The notes under the pieces are model-generated. The model did no database searches, was not told the origin of the DNA, and saw only the letters and a list, made by a program, of their open reading frames with translations. Below, piece after piece: positions 38,805 to 49,742 of a DNA stretch of 64,000 nt (its first letter is position 1; every line of letters begins with the position of its first letter). The DNA lies in assembly GCA_031409275.1 (NCBI GenBank), contig JANNXA010000022.1, forward strand, positions 32,001 through 96,000. The letters run 5' to 3'. The position numbers and the translations under genes are program-made. The DNA comes from Planctomycetota bacterium (GTDB taxonomy: Bacteria > Planctomycetota > B15-G4 > SIAN01).

Positions 38805-40069
38805 ACGCGACGTCCACAGCGCAGAGCGGCGTGAAGCGACCGGCACCCTGGAAGGGACTGGTCCGCCTGCTGGTTGCCGTCGCGATGGTGGCGCTGCTGC
38901 TGAACCTCGTCTCGTGGCGCGACCACGTGCTGTGGCCGTCCGAGTTCGGGGACGAACCGCTCGTGGGGCAGATCGCGGTCGACCCCGTCACCGGCGCGAC
39001 GCGCTTCGTCGTCGATTCCGGCGAACACGTCGGGACGCAGCTCGATTTCACCGCGGCCGAAGCGGTCGCAGACGCGACCTGGCAGTCCGTGGTGGTGACG
39101 CGTCCGAGCCAGCCGCCGCGAACGATCGAGCTGACGGCCGCGGCGCGACTCGAACTCGACAAGCAGCCGGAAGCGGGGTTGCGCACGACGCTGAAGCGCC
39201 TTGCGAATGCGCCTTCGGCGCTGGTGCAGGCGCTGCTCCTCTATGTCGTCGGAGCGATGCTCTCGTTCCAGCGCTGGCAGGTCCTGTTGCGCGCCGTCGG
39301 CGTCGAGGCCCGCTTCTGGCGCGTGCAGAAGCTCGGCTTCCTTGGCCTTTTCTTCAGCAACATCATTCCCGGCATGACCGGCGGTGACCTGGTGAAGGCG
39401 CTGATGGTCGCTCGCGACCACCCGGAGCAGAAGCCGGCGGCGGTGCTGTCGGTCATCGTCGATCGCGCCATCGGCCTGCTCGGCCTGGCCGTGGTGGCGT
39501 CCGCTGCGCTCGCGTTCCAGCACGGTCGCTTTCCCGAGACCGAGCTCAAACTCAACCTCATCCTCGGCGCCATCGTGGTCGGTGCGTGCGTCGTGATGTC
39601 GCGGCGGCTGCGGCGCGCCATCCGGCTCGACAAGCTGCTGGCGGCGCTGCCGTTCGCGGAGGTCCTGAAGAAGCTCGATCGCGCAGCGCTCCTCTACCGA
39701 GATGCCGGCTGGCAGGTGGTCTACTCGGTCTTCGCGTCGTTCGCGGTCCACGCGATGATCCTCTGGTCGTTCAGCGTGCTGGGCGGGGCGCTCGGGATCA
39801 AGATCGGGCTGCTCGACTACTTCTCGCTGGCGCCATTGGCCCTGATCGCGCAGTCGCTGCCGCTGACGCCGGGCGGGGTCGGAGTCGGCGAGGCGGCGTT
39901 CATCTACTTCTTCGCACCGGCGGGGGTCCCGCGCGCGGCGGCGCTGGCGCTGTCCGTCTCGTACCGCGTGGTGCAGCTGCTGGTGTCGCTGATCGGCGGC
40001 GCGCTCATGCTGGTGCGGCACGAGCCGCCGGTGAGCGAGGCGAGCGAGGCGAGCGAGGCGAGCGAATAG
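38801..40069 (+). CDS. Lysylphosphatidylglycerol-synthase TM domain (UPF0104/flippase-like) membrane protein
   Basis: RWQVLL, FFSNIIPGMTGGD, SVIVDR, PLTPGGVGVGE and YRVV. Confidence 0.85.
   Translation: MNATSTAQSGVKRPAPWKGLVRLLVAVAMVALLLNLVSWRDHVLWPSEFGDEPLVGQIAVDPVTGATRFVVDSGEHVGTQLDFTAAEAVADATWQSVVVTRPSQPPRTIELTAAARLELDKQPEAGLRTTLKRLANAPSALVQALLLYVVGAMLSFQRWQVLLRAVGVEARFWRVQKLGFLGLFFSNIIPGMTGGDLVKALMVARDHPEQKPAAVLSVIVDRAIGLLGLAVVASAALAFQHGRFPETELKLNLILGAIVVGACVVMSRRLRRAIRLDKLLAALPFAEVLKKLDRAALLYRDAGWQVVYSVFASFAVHAMILWSFSVLGGALGIKIGLLDYFSLAPLALIAQSLPLTPGGVGVGEAAFIYFFAPAGVPRAAALALSVSYRVVQLLVSLIGGALMLVRHEPPVSEASEASEASE
40033..40065 (+). repeat. 9-bp tandem repeat GAGCGAGGC, about 3.7 copies (encodes a SEA repeat)
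   Basis: Read directly at the 3' end of the CDS. Confidence 0.85.
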
Positions 40070-40132
40070 TCGAGGGCGGGCGCGCCGCAGCTTTGCGCTC
40101 GACTGCTACACTCCTCGCCCTTTCGGCGGGAG

Positions 40133-41041
40133 ATGACGATGGCGCTGCTCGTGCTCGGTTCGGTCGCGTTCGATGATGTGCGCACCCCGTCGGGATTTCG
40201 CGAGCGCGTGCTCGGCGGCTCGGCCACCTACTTCGCATGGGCCGCTTCCACGCTGGTGCAGACCGACCTCATCGCCGCCGTTGGGCGTGACTTCCCGGCG
40301 TCGTTCATGGAGATGCTGCGCGGCCGCAAGATCGGGCTCGACGGGCTGGTCAAGATGGCCGACGTCGACACCTTCCACTGGAGCGGCAATTACGGCGAGG
40401 ACCTGAACGTCGCGCAGACGAACTGGGTCAAGCTCAACGTGCTCGGCAAATGGAAGCCGCAGGTGCCGCCGGCCTGGCGCCATCACTCCTTCGTCTTCCT
40501 CGCCAACGATGCGCCGCAGAATCAGCTGACGGCGCTCGACCAGCTGGCCAAGCCGCGGCTGGTGCTGTGCGACACGCGCGATCTGTGGATCGACCAGGAT
40601 CGAGCCGGCATCGCGGAAGTGATGCGGCGGACCGACGGGATCATCCTGAACGATGGAGAGGCGCGGCAGCTCACCGGCGAACGCAACCTGATTCGAGCCG
40701 CGGTGAAGCTGCACGATCTCGGCAGTCGCATCGCGATCATCAAGAAGGGCGAGCACGGGGCGTTCCTGTCGGTCGACGGCAAGGGCTTCGCCCTGCCGGC
40801 CTACCCCGTCGCGGACGTGGTCGACCCGACCGGCGCGGGCGATTCGTTCGCCGGCGGTCTGATGGGGTACCTCGCACGCCACGCCGAAGTCGATTTCCGC
40901 TCGATGAAGCGCGCGATGCTGGCGGGAACGATCACGGCGTCGTTCTGCGTCGAGGACTTCTCGCTCGACCGCTTGCGGACGCTCGACTTCGCTGCGTTCG
41001 AGCGGCGGATGGGCGAGTTCGAGCAGTTCCTCTCCCCCTGA
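40133..41041 (+). CDS. PfkB-family carbohydrate/nucleoside kinase
   Basis: GSVAFD, LGGSATY, KKGEHG and DPTGAGDSFAGG. Confidence 0.92.
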   Translation: MTMALLVLGSVAFDDVRTPSGFRERVLGGSATYFAWAASTLVQTDLIAAVGRDFPASFMEMLRGRKIGLDGLVKMADVDTFHWSGNYGEDLNVAQTNWVKLNVLGKWKPQVPPAWRHHSFVFLANDAPQNQLTALDQLAKPRLVLCDTRDLWIDQDRAGIAEVMRRTDGIILNDGEARQLTGERNLIRAAVKLHDLGSRIAIIKKGEHGAFLSVDGKGFALPAYPVADVVDPTGAGDSFAGGLMGYLARHAEVDFRSMKRAMLAGTITASFCVEDFSLDRLRTLDFAAFERRMGEFEQFLSP

Positions 41042-41144
41042 GTCGCGACGATCGCGGCCGTCGCCTCGCTGTCACCCGCAGCAACGAACGACGTCTTCTC
41101 GGGTGGTGGCGGCGCGGCCGCCGCCGGACGCTCGAACGGGGCCC

Positions 41145-41189
41145 TTGAACCAGCCCCGAGGCGTCCCTAGGATCGTTCTACTTTCGTTC
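41145..41189 (+). promoter_or_regulatory. Sigma70-type recA promoter with adjacent GTTC-N7-GTTC repeat
   Basis: TTGAAC (41145)-17 bp-TAGGAT (41168); GTTC-TACTTTC-GTTC at 41175-41189. Confidence 0.6.
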
Positions 41190-41218
41190 GCATTGGCGGG
41201 AACTCAAGGAGGGACCAC

Positions 41219-42457
<1,239 letters not shown>

Positions 42458-42705
42458 TGGCTTGAGCGGCGTGTCACGACGCTGACGCCAAGGCGCCGCT
42501 TCGGCGTCGAGGAACCCTGGCGTCCGTGACGCTGCGACGTGTGGTTGCACTCCTGTGCGGATGATTCGCGAGCCCGCGGGCATGACGTTGCCCGCGGGCT
42601 CGTCGCGTTTCGGGCGGGCACGCGACCGGTGACGTTCGCGCGAACGGCCGTCGCTTTGGTTGAATGCGCGCTTCGATCGACATCGACTCCATGAGTGGGC
42701 AAGGC

Positions 42706-45384
42706 ATGAACTCCGCGGCGATCCGATCCACCTACCTCGACTTCTTCCGTGCGCGTGGCCACACCGTGATGCCGTCGGCCTCGCTCGTGCCGGACGACGA
42801 TCCGACGCTGCTGTTCACCGGCGCTGGAATGAACCAGTTCAAGGACATGTTCCTTGGACGCGGCAGTCTCAGCTGCAAGCGCGCGACCACGACCCAGAAG
42901 TGCGTGCGCCTGCCCGACCTCGACAATGTCGGTCGCACGCCGAGCCACCACACCTTCTTCGAGATGCTCGGGAACTTCAGCTTCGGCGACTACTTCAAGC
43001 GTGAAGCCATCGAGTGGGCGGACGAATTGCTGCGCGTCGGCTACGGGATCGACCGCTCGCGTCTCGGCATCACCGTCTATCGCGAAGACGATGAAGCGGC
43101 CGCGATCTGGAAGAAGCTCGGCTACCAGCGCATCTGGCGCTTCGGGGAGAAGGACAACTTCTGGCCTTCAGAGGCGCCTTCCAAGGGGCCCAACGGTCCC
43201 TGCGGTCCCTGCTCCGAGATCTACTTCGACTGGGGCGTTCGCGCCGACGGTTCGCCTGGCACCACCGACGATCCGAGTTCGTCCGGCGGCCGTTTCCTCG
43301 AGATCTGGAACCTGGTCTTCACCCAGTACGACCGTCGTGACGGCGGTGTTCTCGAGGCGTTGCCGCAGCGCAACATCGACACTGGAATGGGGTTCGAGCG
43401 CATCGTGCGCGTGCTGCAGGGCAAGCCCACCAACTTCGAGACGGATCTCTTCCTGCCGATCCTCGAGCGCCTCGGCGTGCTCGCGAAACGGCCTTACGGC
43501 GAGCAGCGCTCGCTCGATCGGCCGATGCGTCGAATCGCCGACCACCTGCGCGCCAGCGTCTTCGCGATCGCGGACGGCGTCGTTCCGAGCAACGAGCGGC
43601 AGGGCTACGTCGTGCGCAAGATCATGCGGCGCGCGCTCGCCGACGGTCTCGATGCGCTCGGAATCCGTGGACCGTTCCTCGCCGAGCTGGCCCCGGCCGT
43701 GATCGCGGTGCCCGGGATGGCGGAGTGCTTCCCGGAGATCAAGCGCCACGAGGCGAAGATCGTGCAGGTGATCGGTGAGGAGGAGCGCAAGTTCCTCGAG
43801 ACCTATTCGAAGGGGCGCGAGAAGCTCGCCGAGGAAGTGACGCGCCTCAAGCAGTCCGGCGCGGTCGCGTTGCCCGGACGCACGGCGTTCTTCCTGTGGG
43901 ACACGTCCGGCTTCCCGATCGACCTCACGCTGCGAGTCCTCGAGGATGAAGGGCTTTCGCTCGACGTCGCCGGTTTCGAAGCGGCGATGGAGGAGCAGCG
44001 CGCCCGCTCGCGCGCCGGCTCCACGATGAAGGGGGACATCTTCGCGGGCGGTCCGCTGAAGGAGCTGAAGCGCGACGTCGCGCCCACGCAGTTCACCGGT
44101 TTCGAGCAGTCGGCGCGCCTTGCGCCGCTGCTGGTGCTGCTGCGCGACGGCGTGCGCGCGCGGACCGCGACCGAGGGGCAGGAGGTCGCCCTGGTGTTCG
44201 AGGCGACGCCGTTCTACGCCGAAGGCGGCGGACAGGTCGGCGACCGCGGCGAGTTCGTCTCCGACTCCTTCCGAGTTCGCATCTTCGATACGACCAAGCA
44301 GGACGGCTACTTCCTCCATCACGGCACGGTCACCATTGGGAGCGTGTCGGAAGGGCAGAGCGGTCAGCTCGAGGTCGATGTCACCGCTCATCGCGGGCCG
44401 ACGCGCCGTAATCACACGGCGACTCATCTGCTGCACTGGGCGTTGCGTCGCGTCCTCGGCAACACGGTCGAGCAGCGCGGCTCGCTGGTCAATCCCGACC
44501 GGTTGCGCTTCGACTTCTCCTGGCAGGGCGCGGTGCCTCCCGAGAAGTTGCGCGAAGTCGAGCACCTGGTGAACGAGCAGATCGTCGCGAACCTCGGCGT
44601 CGCGACCCAGGAGTGCGCCTACGACGAGGCGCTTCGATCGGGAGCGATGGCGCTGTTTGGCGAGAAGTACGGCGATCGAGTCCGCGTCGTCGCCGTCGAC
44701 GATGCCCTGCTCGATCGACGCAGCGTCGAACTCTGCGGCGGGACGCATGTGCAGCGCACCGGAGACATCGGCTCGTTCAAGATCGTCGCCGAAGGCGGCG
44801 TCGCGGCCGGTGTGCGGCGCCTCGAAGCGGTGACGGGCCTGCGCTCGTTCGAGTTCTTCCAGGCGCGCGACGAACTGGTGCGCGGCGTCGCGGCGCAGAT
44901 GCGGGCGACGGTCGAGGAGCTTCCGGCCCGCGTCACGGCGTTGCAGGACGAAGTGAAGCGACTGAAGAAGGAGCTCGAAAAGTCGTCGCGTGCGCAGTCG
45001 AGCGGAGTCCTCGACGACCTGCTGGCGAGCGCGGAGACGCTCGGAGGCGTACGGGCGATCGTCGCGGCGCTCGACCTCGCCGGTGACCCGCTGCTTGCGA
45101 TCGTCGATCAGGCGAAGGCGAAGCTCGCCGGCGGCTGCATCGTGCTGGTGGGCCGGGAGGGAGAGCGCGCGCCGATCGTCGTCTCGGTGGACAAGGAGGC
45201 GCAGAGCCGCGGCTTGAAGGCGGGAGATCTCTGCAAGTTGCTGGCGGTCGAACTCGGCGGCGGCGGCGGCGGAAATCCATCGCTCGCGCGCGGGCAGGGG
45301 CGGTCCGACCGCTCTCCGGACGCCGCCTTGGCGAAGGTGAGGGAGGCGATTCGAGCCCAGACCGGCGGCGGCAGCGGCGGTTGA
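42706..45384 (+). CDS. alaS: Alanine-tRNA ligase
   Basis: DPTLLFTGAGM, HHTFFEMLGN, GPCGPCSEI, EIWNLVF, NHTATHLL and ELCGGTH. Confidence 0.98.
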   Translation: MNSAAIRSTYLDFFRARGHTVMPSASLVPDDDPTLLFTGAGMNQFKDMFLGRGSLSCKRATTTQKCVRLPDLDNVGRTPSHHTFFEMLGNFSFGDYFKREAIEWADELLRVGYGIDRSRLGITVYREDDEAAAIWKKLGYQRIWRFGEKDNFWPSEAPSKGPNGPCGPCSEIYFDWGVRADGSPGTTDDPSSSGGRFLEIWNLVFTQYDRRDGGVLEALPQRNIDTGMGFERIVRVLQGKPTNFETDLFLPILERLGVLAKRPYGEQRSLDRPMRRIADHLRASVFAIADGVVPSNERQGYVVRKIMRRALADGLDALGIRGPFLAELAPAVIAVPGMAECFPEIKRHEAKIVQVIGEEERKFLETYSKGREKLAEEVTRLKQSGAVALPGRTAFFLWDTSGFPIDLTLRVLEDEGLSLDVAGFEAAMEEQRARSRAGSTMKGDIFAGGPLKELKRDVAPTQFTGFEQSARLAPLLVLLRDGVRARTATEGQEVALVFEATPFYAEGGGQVGDRGEFVSDSFRVRIFDTTKQDGYFLHHGTVTIGSVSEGQSGQLEVDVTAHRGPTRRNHTATHLLHWALRRVLGNTVEQRGSLVNPDRLRFDFSWQGAVPPEKLREVEHLVNEQIVANLGVATQECAYDEALRSGAMALFGEKYGDRVRVVAVDDALLDRRSVELCGGTHVQRTGDIGSFKIVAEGGVAAGVRRLEAVTGLRSFEFFQARDELVRGVAAQMRATVEELPARVTALQDEVKRLKKELEKSSRAQSSGVLDDLLASAETLGGVRAIVAALDLAGDPLLAIVDQAKAKLAGGCIVLVGREGERAPIVVSVDKEAQSRGLKAGDLCKLLAVELGGGGGGNPSLARGQGRSDRSPDAALAKVREAIRAQTGGGSGG

Positions 45385-45431
45385 GCCCGGCGGCGGACGG
45401 AGCGCTCGTTGGCCGGCGCGGCCCCGTGCCA

Positions 45432-45460
45432 TTGATTGCCCGGGGAATGCGCCTTAACGT
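45432..45460 (+). promoter_or_regulatory. Sigma70-type promoter of the rpmF-plsX-fab operon
   Basis: TTGATT-17 bp-TAACGT. Confidence 0.55.
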
Positions 45461-45633
45461 GCCCCGCTTCCGCCTGCCTCGCCGGAAGACGTGTCGGGGA
45501 GCCCGAAGGGGGCTCCTTCCAACTCGACTTCAGCGTGGCAGGTTCCGTCCTGGGCGGACTGGCCGTTTCGACGAGCCGCGTCTTCCCCGGCCGGCGTTCG
45601 CGCTGCGACCGCCGACTTGATGAGGCAGATCCC

Positions 45634-45831
45634 ATGGCCGTTCCGAAGAAAAAGACGTCACGTCATCGCAAGGGCAAGCGCCGTTCGCATCACCATCTCG
45701 AGGCACCGGGCATGTCGCGCTGCGGTCGCTGCGGCGGGCCGACCAAGCCGCACGCGGTGTGCGATCGCTGTGGTCACTACGGCAAGCTGCAGGTGTTCGC
45801 CGACGTCGGCCCCGGCGCGACGCCGAGCTGA
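45634..45831 (+). CDS. rpmF: 50S ribosomal protein L32 (Zn-binding type)
   Basis: MAVPKKKTSRHRKGKRR, CGRC..HAVCDRCGHY. Confidence 0.96.
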   Translation: MAVPKKKTSRHRKGKRRSHHHLEAPGMSRCGRCGGPTKPHAVCDRCGHYGKLQVFADVGPGATPS

Positions 45832-45876
45832 CCCGCTCCCCGGAATTCGAGTTCCGGCCTTGAGAGGGAGGGAGGC

Positions 45877-46884
45877 ATGAAGATCGCCGTGGACGCCATG
45901 GGCGGCGATCACGCCCCGGAGGAGATCCTCCTGGGCGTCGCCCGTGCGTTCGAGAAGGGGTTCGTTCGTCCCGACGAGATCATCCTTGTCGGGATGCCGG
46001 ACCGTCTTGAGCCGTTCTTCGCGAAGGCGCCGGTGCTGCGCCAGTGTGAGCTGCGTGTCGCGACCGAAGAGGTCGCGATGGGGGACTCCCCGGTCAAGGT
46101 GCTGCGAAAGCCGCAATCCTCGATCATGGTGGCGATGGACGCGGTGCGAACCGGCGCGGCTGGCGCGTTCGTGTCGGCCGGCAGCACGGGGGCATGCGTG
46201 GCTGCCGCGTGGCGCGTGCTCGGTCCGATCGAGAACGTCGATCGACCGGGCATCGCCGTCACGTTCGAGGGAGCGGCCGGCCCGCTGACGATCCTCGATG
46301 TCGGCGCGAACATTCACGCCACGCCGAATCACCTGCTGCAGTACGGGGTGATGGGCGAGCTCTTCAGCCGCAACGTGCTCGGCGTGGCCAAGCCTCGCGT
46401 CGCGTTGCTCAACATCGGCGAGGAAGAGGAGAAGGGCAACAAGCTCGTCAAGGAGACGCGCGAGCTCTTCGAGTCGGCCGCATTCGACTTCGTCGGCAAC
46501 GTCGAGGGCAACCACCTCCTGTCGGGCAAAGCGGACGTCGTCGTCTGCGAGGGATTCGTCGGGAACGTCGTCCTGAAGGTCTTCGAAGGCGTCGGCCACT
46601 ATTTCTACGGCGCGGTGAAAGCGGCGCTCGTCGAGCCTGCCGCGCAAGCCTCTCCGCTCGGCGTCGCCGTGCGCGGCATCACCAAGAAGCTCGACTACGC
46701 CGAATATGGCGGCGCCCCGCTGCTGGGTGTGAACGGCCTCGTCATGATCATGCACGGACGCTCCGATCGCCGCGCGATGGCCAACGCATTGCACGTTTCG
46801 GCGCAGTTCGTCACCGCCGACGTGAATCGCCAGATCGGCCGCGCGCTCGGGAGCAGCCGCGGCACCGACGGAGCCGCCTCGTGA
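45877..46884 (+). CDS. plsX: Phosphate acyltransferase PlsX
   Basis: IAVDAMGGDHAP, SAGSTG, LDVGAN, NIGEEEEKG and YGGAPLLG. Confidence 0.96.
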   Translation: MKIAVDAMGGDHAPEEILLGVARAFEKGFVRPDEIILVGMPDRLEPFFAKAPVLRQCELRVATEEVAMGDSPVKVLRKPQSSIMVAMDAVRTGAAGAFVSAGSTGACVAAAWRVLGPIENVDRPGIAVTFEGAAGPLTILDVGANIHATPNHLLQYGVMGELFSRNVLGVAKPRVALLNIGEEEEKGNKLVKETRELFESAAFDFVGNVEGNHLLSGKADVVVCEGFVGNVVLKVFEGVGHYFYGAVKAALVEPAAQASPLGVAVRGITKKLDYAEYGGAPLLGVNGLVMIMHGRSDRRAMANALHVSAQFVTADVNRQIGRALGSSRGTDGAAS

Positions 46885-47870
46885 GCGGTCCGCTGCGTGT
46901 CGGCATTCGCGGCACCGGTTCAGCTCTGCCCTCGAAGGTGCTGCGGAACTCCGACTTCGAGCGGATGGTCGACACCAGCGACGACTGGATCGTCTCGCGC
47001 ACGGGCATCAAGGAACGCCGGATCGTCAGCGACGGCGAGACGACGGCGACGCTGGCCACCGAGGCGGCGCGCCGCGCTCTCGATGCTGCCGGCATCGCGG
47101 CGACGGATCTCGATGCGATCGTGGTCGCGACCGTCACCCCTGACAATCAGTTCCCGTCGACGGCTTGCAAGGTGCAGGCGGCCATCGGAGCCACTCGTGC
47201 CGGCGCCTTCGACATCGGCGCCGCCTGTTCCGGCTTCCTCTACGGAATGAACGTCGGCCGATCGTTGATCGTCGCCGGCTCGGCGCGCAACGTCCTCTTG
47301 ATCGGCGCAGAGACGCTGTCGCGCATCGTCGACTACACCGACCGTTCGGCCTGCATCCTCTTCGGAGACGGTGCAGGGGCCGCGGTGCTCAGCACCGAGT
47401 TCGAGCGGGGCGAAGTGCTTCCGCACCGCATCTACTCGGACGGCGCCGGCTACGAGATCATGTGGCTGCAAGCGGGCGGTTCGGCGCAGCGGCTCACGCC
47501 CGAGGCGATGGCTGCCGGACAGCATTTCCTCCGCATCCGCGGACGCGAGGTCTACAAGTTCGCTGTCAGCCGTTTCGTCGAACTGGTGCAGGAACAGCTG
47601 GCTTCGAACCCGGGCGAGTCGCTTGGATTGGTGATCCCGCACCAGGTGAACCTGCGCATCATCGAAAGCGCCCGCGAGAAGCTCGGCATCCCGATGGAGC
47701 AGATCTTCTGCAACATCGAGAAGTACGGGAACACTTCGGCGGCTTCGATCGCGATCGCGCTCGATGAGGCGGTCCGCTCGAAGGCGATCGACGTTGCGCG
47801 CGGCAAGCTCGTCGTCTTCTGCGCGTTCGGGGCGGGCCTGACGTGGGCTTCCGGCGCTCTGCGCTGGTGA
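46881..47870 (+). CDS. fabH: 3-oxoacyl-ACP synthase III
   Basis: DTSDDWIVSRTGI, AACSGF, FGDGAGA, PHQVN and GNTSAAS. Confidence 0.96.
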   Translation: MSGPLRVGIRGTGSALPSKVLRNSDFERMVDTSDDWIVSRTGIKERRIVSDGETTATLATEAARRALDAAGIAATDLDAIVVATVTPDNQFPSTACKVQAAIGATRAGAFDIGAACSGFLYGMNVGRSLIVAGSARNVLLIGAETLSRIVDYTDRSACILFGDGAGAAVLSTEFERGEVLPHRIYSDGAGYEIMWLQAGGSAQRLTPEAMAAGQHFLRIRGREVYKFAVSRFVELVQEQLASNPGESLGLVIPHQVNLRIIESAREKLGIPMEQIFCNIEKYGNTSAASIAIALDEAVRSKAIDVARGKLVVFCAFGAGLTWASGALRW

Positions 47871-47893
47871 TCGCCAATTCGGAGCGACTGTCG

Positions 47894-48838
47894 ATGCGAG
47901 CGATCCTCTTTCCAGGGCAAGGTGCCCAGCACGTGGGCATGGGCAAGAGCTTCCATGACGCCTCGTTGGCCGCGCGGCAGCTCTTCGCGCGTGCCGAGGC
48001 GGTGCTCGGCGTTCCGCTCGCGAAGCTCTGCTTCGAAGGGCCGGAGTCCGAACTCGAGAAGACCGATCTCTGTCAGCCGGCGATTTTCGTCTGCAGTGCC
48101 GCCATCATCGTGGCGCTCGAAGAGCGTGGCGCGTTGGCGCGTGCGGACTTCACGTACGCGGCGGGGCTGTCGCTGGGCGAGTACACGGCGCTCTGGTTCG
48201 CCGGCGCGCTTTCGTTCGAGGACGCGGTGCGCATCGTCCGCGAGCGGGGACGCGGTATGCAGGCGGCGTCGGAGGCGCGGCCGAGCGGGATGCTCGCGCT
48301 GCTCGGTGCCAACGAGGAACTGGCGCGCGCCGTCTGCGCCAAGCGCGCCGAGGGCGAGGTCCTCACGCCCGCCAATTTCCTCTGTCCGGGCAACATCGCG
48401 ATCTCGGGGAGCAGGGCGGCGCTCGATCGCGTCGTGGCCAACGCGCGCGCGGACGGCGTTCGGAAGGCGATTCCGCTGAAGGTCGCTGGCGCGTTCCACT
48501 CGACGCTGATGGATCCCGGGTTGCCGTTGCTCGCTGCCGCGCTGCGAGCTTCGAAGATCGCGGCGCCGCGGATCCCGGTGATCTCGAACGTGACCGCGCA
48601 GCCGCATGGCACTCCGGCCGAGATCGAGGCAACGCTGCTCGCGCAGGTCACTTCGCCGGTGCTCTGGGAGCGCTCGATGCGTGCACTGATCGGCTTGGGC
48701 GTCACCGATTGTTTCGAGCCAGGCCCCGGCGCCGTGCTTTCCGGCCTGATGGGCAAGATCGACGGCAACGTGCGCTGCCGCAATGTTGCGAAGGTCGAGG
48801 ACCTCGAGCGCGCCGCGACCGAAGGCGGTGGCGCATGA
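47894..48838 (+). CDS. fabD: Malonyl-CoA-ACP transacylase
   Basis: FPGQGAQ, GLSLGEY and GAFHS. Confidence 0.96.
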   Translation: MRAILFPGQGAQHVGMGKSFHDASLAARQLFARAEAVLGVPLAKLCFEGPESELEKTDLCQPAIFVCSAAIIVALEERGALARADFTYAAGLSLGEYTALWFAGALSFEDAVRIVRERGRGMQAASEARPSGMLALLGANEELARAVCAKRAEGEVLTPANFLCPGNIAISGSRAALDRVVANARADGVRKAIPLKVAGAFHSTLMDPGLPLLAAALRASKIAAPRIPVISNVTAQPHGTPAEIEATLLAQVTSPVLWERSMRALIGLGVTDCFEPGPGAVLSGLMGKIDGNVRCRNVAKVEDLERAATEGGGA

Positions 48839-49602
48839 GCGCGGCATCAACGCTCGCCGGGCGCGTCGCCCTCGTGACCGGAGCCTCGCGCGGCATCGGG
48901 CGCGCCATCGCCGTTCGCCTCGCGACGGATGGTGCCGACGTGGCCATCGTTGCGCGCAGCGCGGAGGCGCTCGCGTCGACGCGCGCGGAGATCGAAGCGC
49001 TGGGGCGACGCTGCATCGTCCTCCCGCTCGATGTGGCCGACAGCGGCCAGGTCACTGACGCCGTGAAGAAGACGGTCGCGGAAGCGGGGCGGCTCGACAT
49101 CCTGGTCAACAACGCCGGCGTGACCCGCGATGGCCTGCTGATGAGGATGAGCGACGAGGATTGGGATACCGTCCTCGACATCGACCTGAAGGGCGTGTTC
49201 CTCTTCTGCCGGGCGGCGGCGCGGCCGTTGGCCAAGAGCCCGGCCGGACGGATCGTGAACGTGTCGTCGATCGTCGGCATGATCGGCAACGCGGGGCAGG
49301 CGAACTACGCGGCGGCGAAGGCGGGGCTGTTCGGCTTCACCCGCTCGCTCGCCAAGGAGCTTGCTGGTCGCAAAGTGACGGCCAACGTCGTTTGCCCGGG
49401 TTTCATCGAGACCGACATGACGGCGGGACTGCCCGCCGACATGAAGACGAAGTCGCTTGGCCAGATTCCGCTTGGGCGGTTCGGGGCGGGCGAAGACATC
49501 GCTAGCGTCGTCGGCTTCTTGTGCAGCGACGGGGCGGCCTACGTCACCGGGAGCGTGATTCCGGTGGATGGTGGGCTCGCGATCGGGGGTTTCGGAGGCT
49601 GA
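48835..49602 (+). CDS. fabG: 3-oxoacyl-ACP reductase
   Basis: [16 protein letters not shown] and NYAAAK. Confidence 0.96.
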   Translation: MSAASTLAGRVALVTGASRGIGRAIAVRLATDGADVAIVARSAEALASTRAEIEALGRRCIVLPLDVADSGQVTDAVKKTVAEAGRLDILVNNAGVTRDGLLMRMSDEDWDTVLDIDLKGVFLFCRAAARPLAKSPAGRIVNVSSIVGMIGNAGQANYAAAKAGLFGFTRSLAKELAGRKVTANVVCPGFIETDMTAGLPADMKTKSLGQIPLGRFGAGEDIASVVGFLCSDGAAYVTGSVIPVDGGLAIGGFGG

Positions 49603-49742
49603 TTCATGGCGAGTTCGGGCGCGTCGGCGCCCAGAACGCGCTTGCGACGAGAATTCGAGTTATCATTCCGCCCGCTTTCGGGCGCCGGGACGCATCGCGT
49701 CGTCGGCGCGCCCGGGCGGCAAGGCCAGTCGGAGGACCGAGG

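Noticed and set aside
42458..42705. T-box riboswitch upstream of alaS
   Set aside because: No GGTGG-x-ACCGCG antiterminator consensus was found.
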